From Squalus acanthias (taxonomy: Eukaryota), in contig CM059432.1 in assembly GCA_030390025.1 (NCBI GenBank), forward strand, positions 25,732,001 through 25,796,000: DNA of 64,000 nt. Reading direction: 5' to 3'. Positions within the stretch are counted from its first letter, which is position 1; each line of letters begins with the position of its first letter. The translations under genes and the position numbers were made by a program. The notes below the pieces were generated by a model, which worked only from the letters and a program-made list of their open reading frames with translations, ran no database searches and was not told where the DNA came from. This document shows positions 8,371 to 18,396 of the stretch, one piece after another.

Positions 8371-11300
8371 GTGGAACAGTAGCGTAGTGGTAATGTCACT
8401 GGGCTAGTAAATAAATCTGGAATAAAAAGCTAGTAATGGTAACCATGAAACTATCGGATTGTTGTAAAAGCCCATCTGGTTCACTAATGCCCTTCAGGGA
8501 AGGAAATCTGCCGTCCTTACCTGCTCTGGCCTATATGTGACTCCAGACCCACAGCAATGTGGTTGACTCTTAACTGCCCTCTGAAATGGCCTAGAAAGTC
8601 ACTCAGTTGCAACGAACTGCTATGAAACATGATAATAAGAATGAAACCGGACGGACCACCCGGCATCGACCTCGGCACCAACTACGGACACGACAACGGC
8701 ACTCCCAGCCCAGTCAACCCAGCAAAGTCCTTCTCACCAACATCTGGGGACTTGTGCCAAAATTGGGAGAGCTGTCCCACAGACTAGTCAAGCAACAGCC
8801 TGACATAGTCATACTCACAGAATCATACCTTTCAGCTAATGTCCCAAACTCCTCCATACCATCTCTGGATATGTCCTGTCCCAGCGGCAGGGGTGGTGGC
8901 ACAGTGGTATACAGTCGGGAAGGAGTGGCCGTGGGAGTTCTCAACATTGACTCCGGACCCCATGAAGTCTCATGGCTTCAAGCATGAGCAAGGAAACCTC
9001 CAGCAGATTACCACCTACCGCCCTCCCTCAGCTGATGAATCAGTACTTCTCCATGTTGAACACCACTTGGAAGAAGCACTGAGAATAGCAAGGGCACAGA
9101 ATGTACTCTGGGTGGGGGACTTCAATGTCCATCATCAAGAATGGCTCAGTAGCACCACTACTGACCGAGCTGGCCGATTCCTGAAGGACATAACTGCCAG
9201 TCAGGGCCTGCGACAGGTGGTGAGAGAACCAACACGAGGGTAAAACCTACTTGACCTCGTCCTCACCAATCTACCTGTCACAGATGCATCTGTCCATGAC
9301 AGCATTGGTAGCAGTGACCACCGCATAGACTTTGTGGAGACGAAGTCCCATCTTCACACTGAGGACACCCTCCATCATGTTGTGTTGCACTACCACCGTG
9401 TTAAATGGGATAGATTCAGAACAGATCTAGCAGCTCAAAACTGGGGATCCATGAGGCGCTGTGGGGCAGCAGCAGAATTGTATTGCACCACAATCTGTAA
9501 CCTCATGGCCCGGCATATCCCTCACTCTACCATTACTACCAAACTAGGGGACCAACCCTGGTTCAATAAGGAGTGTAGAAGAGCATGCCAGGAGCAGCAC
9601 CAGGAGTACCTAAAAATGAGGTGCCAACCTGGGGAAGCTGCAACACAGGACTACATGCAAGCTAAAAAGCGGAAGCAGCATGCTATAGACAGGGCTAAGC
9701 GATCATACAATCAATGGATCAGATCAAAGCTCTGTAATCATAGGAACATAGAAGATAGGAGCAGGAGTAGGCCATTCGGCCCCTTGAGCCTGTTCCGCCA
9801 TTTAATGAGATCATGGCTGATCATCCAAATTCAGTACCCTGTCCCAGCTTTTCCCCATATCCCTTGATCCCTTTAGCCTTAAGAAATATATCTAACTCCT
9901 TCTTGAATATATTTAATGAATTGGCCTCAACTGCCTTCTGTGGTAGAGAATTCCACAGGTTCACCACTCTCTGGGTGAAGAAATTCCTCCTCATCTCAGT
10001 CCTAAATGGCTTACCCCTTATCCTTAGACTGTGACCCCTGGTTCTGGACTTCCCCGCCATCGGGAACATCCTTCCTGCATCTAGTCTGTCTAGTCCTGTT
10101 AGAATTTTATAAGTTTCAATGAGATCCCCTCTCATTCTTCTAAACTCTAGCGAATATAAGCCTAATCGACCCAATCTCTCCTCATACGTCATTCCTGCCA
10201 TCCCAGGTATCAGTCTGGTGAATCTTCGCTGCACTCTCTCCATGGCAAGAACATCCTTCCTCAGATAAGGTGACCAAAATTGCACACAATACTCAAGGTG
10301 TGGTCTCACCAAGGCCCTGTACAACTGCAGCAAGACATCCTTGCTCCTGTACTCGAATCCTCTCGCTATGAAGGCCAACATACCATTTGCCTTCTTAACC
10401 GCCTGCTGCACCTGCATGTTTACCTTCAGCGACTGGTGCACAAGGACACCCAGGTCTCATTGCACTTCCCCTTTTCCCAATCTATTGCTGTTCAGATAAT
10501 AATCTGTCTTCCTGTTTTTGCCACCAAAGTGGATAACCTCGCATTTATCCACATTATACTGCATTTGCCATGCATCTGCCCAATCACCCAACCTGTCCAA
10601 ATCATACTGGAGTTTCTCTGCATCCTCCTCACAGCATACACGCCCACGCTGCTTTGTGTCGTCTGCAAACTTGGAGATATTACATCTAGTTCCCTCGTCT
10701 AGATCATTAATATATATTGTGAATAGCTGGGGTCCTAGCACCGATCCCTGCGGTACCCCACTAGTCACTGCCTGCCACTCGGAAAAAGACCCGTTTATTC
10801 CAACTCTTTGCTTCCTGTCTGCCAACCAGTTCTCTATCCAAGACAGTACCTTACCCCCAATCCTGTGTGCTTTAACTTTGCATGCTAATCTCTTATGCGG
10901 GACCTTATCGAAAGCCTTCTGAAAGTCCAAATACACCACATCCACTGGTTCTCCCTTATCTATTCTACCAGTTACATCCTCAAAAAATTCCAGTAGATTA
11001 GTCAAGCATGATTTATCTTTTGTAAATCCATGTTGACTTTGTCCGATCCTGTCACTGTTTTCCAAGTGCTCTGCTATTACATCTTTTATAATGGACTCTA
11101 GCATTTACCCCACTACCGATGTCAGACTTACTGGTCTAAAATTCCCCATTTTCTCTCTATCACCTTTTTTAAATAGTGGGGTTACATTAGCTATCCGCCA
11201 ATCCATGGGAACTGTTCCTAGTCCTGCCACATCCAGTTGTGAATGGTGGTGGACCATTAAGCAACTAACGGGAGGAGGAGGCTCCATGAATATCTCCATC

Positions 11301-13049
11301 CTCAATAATGGTGGAGCCCAGCACATGAGTGCAAAATACAAGGCTGAAGCATTTGCAACCATCTTCAGCCAGAAGTGCCAAGTGAATGATACATATCAGC
11401 CTACTCCCGAGGTCCCCACCATCACAGAAGCCAGTCTTCAGCCAATTCGATTCACTCCACATGATATCAAGAAATGGCTGAGCGCACTGGATACAGAAAA
11501 GGCTGTGGCCCCCGACAACATCCCGGCTATCGTGCTGAAGATTTGTGCTCCAGAACCAGCTGCGCCTCTAGCCAAGCTGCTCCAGTACAGCTACAACACT
11601 GGCATCTATCTGACAATGTGGAAAACTGCCCAGGTTTGTCCTGTCCACAAAAAGCAGGACAAACCCAATCCGGCCAATCACTGCCCCATCAGTCTACTCT
11701 CAATCATCAGCAAAGTGATGGAAGATGTCATCAACAGTGCTATCAAGCGGCACTTACTCACCAATAACCTGCTCACTGATTCCCAGTTTGGGTTCCGCCA
11801 AGACCACTCGGCTCCTGACCTCATTACAGCCTTGGTCTAAACATGGACAAAAGAGCTGAATTCCAGAGGTGAGGTGAGAGTGACTGCCCTTGACATCAAG
11901 GCAGCATTTGACCGAGTGTGGCATCAAGGAGCCCTAGTAAAACTGAAGTCAATGAGAATCAGGGGGAAAACGCTCCACTGGCTGGAGTCATACCTAGCAC
12001 AAAGGAAGATGGTTGCGGTGGTTGAAGGTCAATCATCACAGCCCCAGGACATCGCTGCAGGAGTTCCTCGGGGCAGTGTCCTAGGCCCAACCATCTTCAG
12101 CTGCTTCATCAATGACCTTCCCTCCAACATAAGGTCAGAAATGGGGATGTTCGCTGATGACTGCACAGTGTTCAGCGCCATTCACAACTCCTCAGATAAT
12201 GAAGCAGTCCATGCCCGCATGCAACAAAACCTGGACGACGTTCAGGCTTGGGCTGATAAGTTGCAGGTAATATTCGCGTCACAGAAGTGCCAGGCAATGA
12301 CTATCTCCAACAAGCGAGAGTCTAACCCATGACATTCAATGGCATTACCATCGCCGAATCCCCCACCATCAACATCCTGGGGGTCACCATTGACCAGAAA
12401 CTTAACTGGACCAGCCACATAAATAATGTGGCAACAAGAGCAGGTCAGAGGCTAGGTATTCTGTGGCGAGTATCTCACCTCCTGACTCCCCAGAGCCTTT
12501 CCACCATCTACAAGGCACAAGTAAAGAATGTAATGGAATACTCGCCACTTGCTTGGATGAGTGCAGCTCCAACAACACTCAAGAAGCTCGACACCATCCA
12601 GAACAAAGCAGCCCGTTTGATTGGCACGCCATCCACCATCTTAAACATTCACTCCCTCCACTACCGGCGTACCGTGGCTGCAATGTGTACCATCTACAAG
12701 ATGCACAGCAGCAACTCACCAAGGCTTCTTCGGCAGCACCTCCCAAACCCACATCCTCTTCCACCTAGAAGGACAAGGGCAGCAGGCGCATCGGAACACC
12801 ACCACTTCCAAGTTCCCCTTCAAGTCACACACCATCCTGACTTAGAAGTATATCGCCGATCCTTCATCGTCGCTGGGTCAAAATCCTTGAACTCCCTACC
12901 TAGCACTACTGTGGGAGTAACTTCGCCACACGGACTGCAGCAGTTTAAGAAGACGGCTCACCACCCCCTTCTCAAGGGCAACTAGGGATGGACAATAAAT
13001 GCTGGCCTTGCCAGCGACGCCCAGATCCCATAAGCAAATAAACAAAAAA
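8371..13049 (+). mobile_element. Near full-length CR1-group LINE (single APE-RT ORF, decayed) with tRNA-like 5' head and MER131-like termini; interrupted by a CR1 at 9737-11218
   Basis: A-box-like TAGCGTAGTGG at 8380-8390. APE motifs TNIWGL, DIVILTES, WVGDFN, LLDLVLTN and SDH. RT motifs PISLLSIISK, QFGFR, LDIKAAFDRVWH, GVPRGSVLGP and FADD. The 3' end is AATAAATGCTGGCCTTGCCAGCGACGCCCAGATCCC plus an A-rich tail. Several stops and frameshifts. Confidence 0.85.
9737..11218 (-). mobile_element. 5'-truncated CR1 (HER1-like) LINE nested in the CR1-group LINE
   Basis: ORFs 9821..10441, 10457..11104 and 11105..~11218 share one frame broken only by two nonsense codons. They contain FADDTK and YLDFQKAFDKVPH. 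The 3' stem-loop and octamer-type tail are at 9737-9810. The host LINE resumes seamlessly (..AAGCTCTGT|AGTCCTGCCACATCC..). Confidence 0.92.
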
Positions 13050-13216
13050 GGTCTGACAGTGTAACATTTCATCCAAAAGATGATACTTCTGATAGTACAG
13101 TGGTCCCTTTGTAGTGCACTAATGTATTAAGCCTAGATTATGTGCTCAAGTCTCTAGAGTAGGGCTTGAACCCCCATCCTCTGACCCAGAGGCAAGAGTT
13201 CTAGTAGTGAGCCAGA
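13050..13216 (-). mobile_element. Deu-SINE core and tRNA-like head (5' half of the SINE at 8105-8370)
   Basis: TAACATTTCATCCAAAAGATGATACTTCTGATAGTACAG...GCCTAGATTATGTGCTCAAGTCTCTAGAGTAGGGCTTGAACCC..CTGACCCAGAGGC..TGAGCCA, which includes B-box- and A-box-like motifs on the minus strand. Confidence 0.7.
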
Positions 13217-13769
13217 GCTGGCACTAATGGGATGCTGTCTTAACTTAGTCTATTGGCAGTGATGGCTGTTGCTCCAGCTCTGCAATGATAGAAAAGTGAC
13301 TTATGTTACAATGCTGATTCAAAAAAAACACCTTCCAATGGAGTTCAGAGTACAAGATATAAACTATGCATACTGTTTGTGTAGTTGTGTATGTGTCTGC
13401 ATGAAAGTGTGTGAAGAAGAAGAGATAAGAACTGGATGGTATTCGAATATAGGTAGGGGAGGTCTACAAGTTCACTTTCTCTTACCCCCTTGATGCTCTT
13501 ATAGCTAAGACTGTCCAGAGAGGTCTCCGCCTAAATGGCATCAAAGACTTGTGGGGGTAGAGATTGATCTGCACCTGACGATCCATGACCACACGATGAG
13601 AGATCAGCTAGCCACAACATTATTGCGATCTTTCTTGAAAAATAAATAATGAGCTTTGTATAAATCAACAAAGAGGCCAGTAAATTTCTCGGACATTTTA
13701 CGGGAAACCCACAAAGGTGTCATATAAGGTTGTTACAAGTCAGGTTTCACCACAGAAAAAAAATGTAAA

Positions 13770-14450
13770 ACATCCTTAGTTCAATTAGAAAAGAAAGTGA
13801 AGGAACTACAAAGGAACCTTATAGTTAAAACTTGGGACATGGTTGTCAAGGCTTTAAAGCAGAAATATTGTCTGAATAACCTTGCTATCTGAGCAAGCAG
13901 AATTAGCGCTTCATAGAGCAAAGCAGCAATATTTTCCAAAAGGTGACAAAGCAGGTCATTGTTAGCTTATCAATTAAAGAAGAGAGAAACACCACTGTTA
14001 TTCTATGCATAGATTGGAAGACAATTGCTGGAAATCACTGAGGTTTTTAAATTGTTTCATGAAAATCTATATTCCTTGGAATTTAAAACAAATGGAGAAT
14101 TTGGACAGTTTCTTTTTAATAGGATCCAGTCTCTGCAAATAGAGAAACATTTAAAGTATTGAAAAGCCATTATCTCCCCTGGAATTGCAACCCTTGAATG
14201 TAATGGGAGGAAGGAAGGCGTCCAGTGATGATTACCACACACTTCGGTTTTATAAATGCTTCTTTCATGAACTGGAACCAATTGTACTGGAAGTGGTCCA
14301 GCGTATGTTTTTAAGTAGCAAGTTATCCCAATCTTTACATATGGTTGGATGTATTCTGTTTGTGGCTGTTAAGCCTATTTGGTTGATAACTACATAACAA
14401 TTATGCATCAATGCTACTTAACTATTAGAGTCCCATTTTCTTTGTTTTAG
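13770..14450 (+). pseudogene. Highly decayed L1-clade ORF2 fragment (EN-RT linker and start of RT)
   Basis: Frame-broken peptides: EQAELALHRAKQQYFPKGDKAGH/LLAYQLKKRE (13891-13990), EVFKLFHENLYS, GRKASSDDYHTLRFYKCFFHELEPIVLEV (ORF 14185..14397; compare the L1 KAPGPDG..FYK..L.P.L motif) and a YRPISL-like remnant at ~14420-14445. Confidence 0.65.
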
Positions 14451-14585
14451 GCACCAATGTTAGGATCGAGCACTCCCAGGGCAGTTATAAAGCAGCTAGA
14501 GGCAGAATAAAGCTCCTTCTACTATGTGCCTCATCCCTTAGAAAAGCACCCCCTACTGAGCTGGCATGACATCTTTTCGTGTAGG

Positions 14586-14724
14586 TTTTGTTTATTAGTT
14601 CCTGGGATGTGGGCGTCGCTGGCAAGGCCAGCATTTATTGTCCATCCCTAATTGCCCTTGAGAAGGTGGTGGTGAGCCGCCTTCTTGAACCGCTGCAGTC
14701 CTTATGATGAAGGTACTCCCACAG
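14586..14724 (-). mobile_element. 3' end fragment of the same CR1-group (MER131-tail) LINE family
   Basis: Reverse complement matches 12,908-13,045 (GGGATGTGGGCGTCGCTGGCAAGGCCAGCATTTATTG..GCCCTTGAGAAGGTGGTGGTGAGCCG). Confidence 0.85.
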
Positions 14725-15308
14725 GTTCTTTGAATAAGAATGGCCATTACAGTCAAATTACAGATGGTGGATTATAGGCCCATGGCCACTGAAGTGCTGT
14801 CAGCTCATTAAGAAAAAAATTGGTTGATGCTTCCAGCACACATGCACTAGGATCATGCAGGCGTCAGGACGTGGGTAACCTGGCAACAGCAATTATTTTG
14901 AGGACTGGTGCTTGCCCTTAAATCTGTCCTGTTGAAAAGGGAGAAAAGGGCTAAAGCAACAGCATGCATGAGAACTGTTCCATTCAATGAGGTTCTGTAA
15001 AGATGGTTGGTTCATTTTGGAGCTGAGGCCACCTTTTAGTGGCCAGTACCAGAGTAATCTCGATAGAGATGGTTCAAGGAGTAAATGTTGACTCACCCGT
15101 GGACCAAACTGGGGTAGGTGAGGGAAAATTTGGCTTACCTCAAGAATGTCATCAAGATAAGGGTTCTTCACCAGTATCAAGTTGGCCTCAGCTGGAACTA
15201 GTAGATGTTGAGAGAATTAACTTGGAAAAATTCCACATTTATCTAGTTTAGAACACAGCTGTGCTATTCACTGGTGTTCGTGTAAGGCTATTACAAAGTA
15301 TTTTATTA

Positions 15309-15490
15309 TTACAGCACAGAAACAGGACATTCGGCCCAACAGGACCATGCCGGTGTTTATGCTCCACACAAGCCTCCTCTCACCTCTCTTCATCTAACCC
15401 ATCAACATATCCTTCTATTCCTTTCTCCCTCATGTGCTTATCTTCCCATTGAATGCATTTATGACTTCCCCTTGAGTGCATCTATGCATT
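15309..15490 (-). mobile_element. 3' terminal fragment of another CR1 subfamily
   Basis: ACAGCACAGAAACAGGACATTCGGCCCAAC...CATATCCTTCTATTCCTTTCTCCCTCAT parallels the CR1 3' end at 9760-9900 (GGCCATTCGGCCC; CATATCCCTTGATCCCTTT). Confidence 0.55.
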
Positions 15491-15504
15491 CAAAGGGCTA
15501 TGAA

Positions 15505-15616
15505 TGAATATATAGCACTTTCCACTTCTTTAGGACATCTATGCAGACATTGAATTATTTTTTGTAATGTAGCGACTGTTGTTTTGTATGCTAACCCAGC
15601 AATTAATGTGCGCACA
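15505..15616 (-). mobile_element. Decayed Deu-SINE tail, split by the L2 at 15617
   Basis: ATATAGCACTTTCCAC..AGGACATC..TGTAG.GACTGTTGT..GTGCGCACAC is colinear with the other SINE tails. Confidence 0.55.
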
Positions 15617-16338
15617 CAACAACAGCAACAACTTGAATTTATATAGCTCCTTTAACGTAATAAAACGTCCTAAGTCGCTTCACAAGAGCATAATCAGACA
15701 AAAATTGACACCGAGCTAAAGAAGGAGACATTAGGGCAGGTGACCAAAGGCTTGGTCAAAGAGGTAGGTTTTAAGAAAAGTCTTAAAGGAAGATAAAGAG
15801 ATGGAGAGGCGAAAAGGTTTCGGGAGGGAATTCCAGAGTTTAGGGCCTAGAGGGCTGAAGGCACGGCCGCCAATGGTGGGGCACAGGAAGTGGAGGATGC
15901 GCAAGAGGCCAGAGTTGGAGGAAGGCAGAGTTCTCGGAGGGTTATAGGACTAGAGGATGCTACAGAGATAGGGTGGGACGAGGTCATGGAGGGATTTGAA
16001 CATGAGAATAAACATTTTAAAATCAAGGTGTTTCTGGACTGGGAGCCAAAGTAGATCAGCAAACACAGGAGCTATGGGTGAATGAGACTTGGTGCGAGTT
16101 AGCCTACGGGAAGCAGAGTTTTGGATGAGCTTAAGTTTATGAAGAGTGGAAACCGGCCAGGAGAGCATTGGAATAGTTGAGTCTGGAGGTATCAAAAGCA
16201 GGATGAGGATTTCAGTGGTGCATGGGCTGAGGCAGGGGCAGAGACGGGCGATATTATGGAGGAGGTGGAAGTAGGTGGTCTTGATAGTGGAGAGGATACT
16301 GGGTCAGAAGCTCAACTCAAGGTCAAATAGGATGCCAA
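15617..16338 (-). mobile_element. L2 LINE 3' fragment
   Basis: Reverse complement of 7130-7855. (GTT)n tail at 15617-15632; peptide LKLIQNSASRRLTRTKSHSPIAPV. Confidence 0.88.
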
Positions 16339-16340
16339 TG

Positions 16341-16608
16341 CAATGAGATAAATGGCCAGTTAATCTGTTTTTGTGGTGTTGGTTGAGGAATAAATATTGG
16401 CTAAGAACTGCCCTTTTTTTCTTCAAATGGTGTCATGAGAACTATTCCATCAACTTGAGCTGGCAGGCAGGTCCTTGGTTTTCTATCTCATCCAGAATAC
16501 AGCCTCTCAGTTCTACAGTGTGAGTCTAGATGATGTGTTCAAGTCCTGGAGGGGGCGTGGATCCATGACCTTCTGACTCAGAGGTGAGTGTGGTACCACT
16601 GTGCCAAG
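16341..16608 (-). mobile_element. Remainder (body and head) of the Deu-SINE split by the L2
   Basis: CAATGAGATAAATGGCCAGTTAATCTG..GTTGAGGAATAAATATTGGC..ACCTTCTGACTCAGAGGTGAGTGTGGTACCACTGTGCCA. Confidence 0.7.
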
Positions 16609-16618
16609 TTGACATAAT

Positions 16619-16727
16619 GGTGAATCTCTGCAGAGGTTGTCCATTTGTTGTCATTTTTCCAGGGTTTTCGTAGCTTTTCCACTGAAATTACAACGGAAAA
16701 GCAGGAGAACCTCGACAGAAATTCACC
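16619..16727. mobile_element. ~110-bp MITE-like inverted-repeat element
   Basis: The 24-bp arms at 16619-16642 and 16704-16727 match 20/24 as inverted repeats. There is an internal hairpin GCTTTTCC..GGAAAAGC. Confidence 0.55.
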
Positions 16728-16883
16728 CCCAATGGCAGAAAAACTATGTTTTGAAATGGTATTGGTCACATATGCAGTTGACATTTGTGCATTAATAGAG
16801 GGCCATTAATGAGTGCCTGCCTTATGACTGTTACAATGTGTACAGGGGACTGTCCAATTTCGCAGTCAGGCTCATCTTTCCGG

Positions 16884-17040
16884 CTCTTTTTCAAAATCGT
16901 GCCACAGAATCTTTTATGTCCACCTGAGAGGGTAGACCGGGCCTTGCTTTTTAATGTTTCATCTGAAAGATGGCACCTCCGACAGTGCAGCGCTCCCTCG
17001 GTACTGCAGTGGAGTGTCATCTTAGATTTTGTGCTCAAGC
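16884..17040 (-). mobile_element. Deu-SINE core fragment
   Basis: GTCCACCTGAGAGGGTAGACCGGGCC..TCATCTGAAAGATGGCACCTCCGACAGTGCAGCGCTCCCTCGGTACTGCAGTGGAGTGTCA. Confidence 0.8.
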
Positions 17041-17563
17041 ATATTTAAATTAAAATAAGTTAAAGTCTCCATTAAAATAGCAGACAGAGAAATTTGATAC
17101 AAACATGTTTAATTTCCCAACATTCGTTTCTGAAGGAGAGCCTCACTCGCCCTGAACGCGTATCGGAATTTCTGTTGCACGATGTTCATGGTTTTTTGAC
17201 CATTTAAAATAATGCTACACAGTGTAAAATCCAGTCTTGTACGTTTTATGAGTCTCTTTCCATTGATTGTGCGAATAAAATTAAGACCAACATACCGCAC
17301 AGCATGAATTATTCATTGATGGTGGCACCTCAGAGATGCCCTATTGTTTTTTTTCTGCAAAAGTCAAAAGGCTAATTTTTTTACGTTTGGTACAGAAAAG
17401 AAACTTTGATTAATTTTATTAATCTTGTAATCCTCTTCTGCATAATTTGTCTTTTACTCTTCAAATCAGTAGGGATCAGATAGTAAAACCAAGCCAATTA
17501 AATTTTAGCAAGTTGTGGGCTTTTGTGAAGTGAGTAATTAAATTTGACTACACCAAGAATGAA

Positions 17564-17626
17564 CTACACCATCCTCCTCCTTCGATGTCTCACCTCTGTT
17601 GTCCAGCTCGGTGGAACTGCACTTGC
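17564..17626 (+). mobile_element. Tiny internal L2 RT fragment
   Basis: CCATCCTCCTCC..GTCCAGCTCGGTGGAACTGCACTTGC matches 6655-6715 of the L2 copy. Confidence 0.7.
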
Positions 17627-17634
17627 GAGGCTCC

Positions 17635-18396
17635 ACTTTTGAGGGCAGCTAAATTTGAGGAGGACACTCCATAATCCCTCACGGTTGACGGTGTCGAAGG
17701 CCTTTGTGAGGTCAAAGAAGGCCATGTACAGCGGTTGGTGCTGTTCCCTGCATTTCTCTTGTAGTTGACGCACGGTGAAGATCATGTCCATTGTGCCCCT
17801 TAGTGGGCGGAATCCGCATTGCGACTCTGGGAGGAGCTCTTCAGCCACTGGGAGAAGGCGATTGAGGAGGATTCTTGCGATGACTTTCCCTGTGGCAGAC
17901 AGCAGGGAGACTCCTCTGCAATTACCGCAATCGCACTTGTCACCTTTCTTGAAGATGGTCACAATTACGGCATCTCTGAGATTCCCTGGCATGCTCTCCT
18001 CCTTCCAAATAAGAGAAATGAGTTCATGTATTCGTGCCAATAGTGCTTCTCCGCCATGTTTTAACACCTCAGCGGGGATTCCATCTGCTCCTGAGGCCTT
18101 GTTGTTCTTCAGTTGTCGGATGGCCTTTTCAACCGTTCCAGATCCCGAACTTCATTTTAAAGGGTGGAAGATGCCTGTGCGTGAATTCTTTTAATGTGGG
18201 GTGGCCATTGCACACCAGCTACCATACGGGCTTGACAGAGCAAGGTCTTGGTCCAATGGCAAGGGGATCCAAGATGATTGGAGATCAGGCTCCGCTACAT
18301 CGGCCTGGCACACACACACTAACATACTCCTACTGTCCTCCTCCCTCCTTCCCGCAGGACCTCTCTGCCTGGGTTTCATAGGCTGCAGTGTGGTCC
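17635..18396 (-). mobile_element. RTE (BovB-like) LINE relic: 5' region and EN start joined by an internal deletion to the RT N-half; 3'-truncated
   Basis: ATG at 18155 gives MKFGIWN, the APE N-terminal G.WNV motif. It then jumps to VEKAIRQLKNNKASGADGIPAEVLK..GNCRGVSLLS..LPESQCGFR..DMIFTVRQLQEKCREQ..FFDLTKAFDTVNREGLW, which is typical of RTE RT. Confidence 0.85.

Noticed and set aside
8371..8410. tRNA gene
   Set aside because: Only an A-box-like segment is present, with no B-box or cloverleaf. It is the retroelement head.
11091..11840. 249-aa ORF as a gene
   Set aside because: It is a chimera of antisense CR1 and the resumed host LINE ORF across the 11,218 junction.
14468..14540. Single degenerate monomer resembling a shark dispersed repeat (CACTCCCAGG..AAAGCTCC)
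   Set aside because: Too short and diverged to support from memory alone.
17109..17300. 63-aa minus-strand ORF as a host exon
   Set aside because: No recognisable homology or convincing splice sites. It is retained only as part of the candidate non-coding element.
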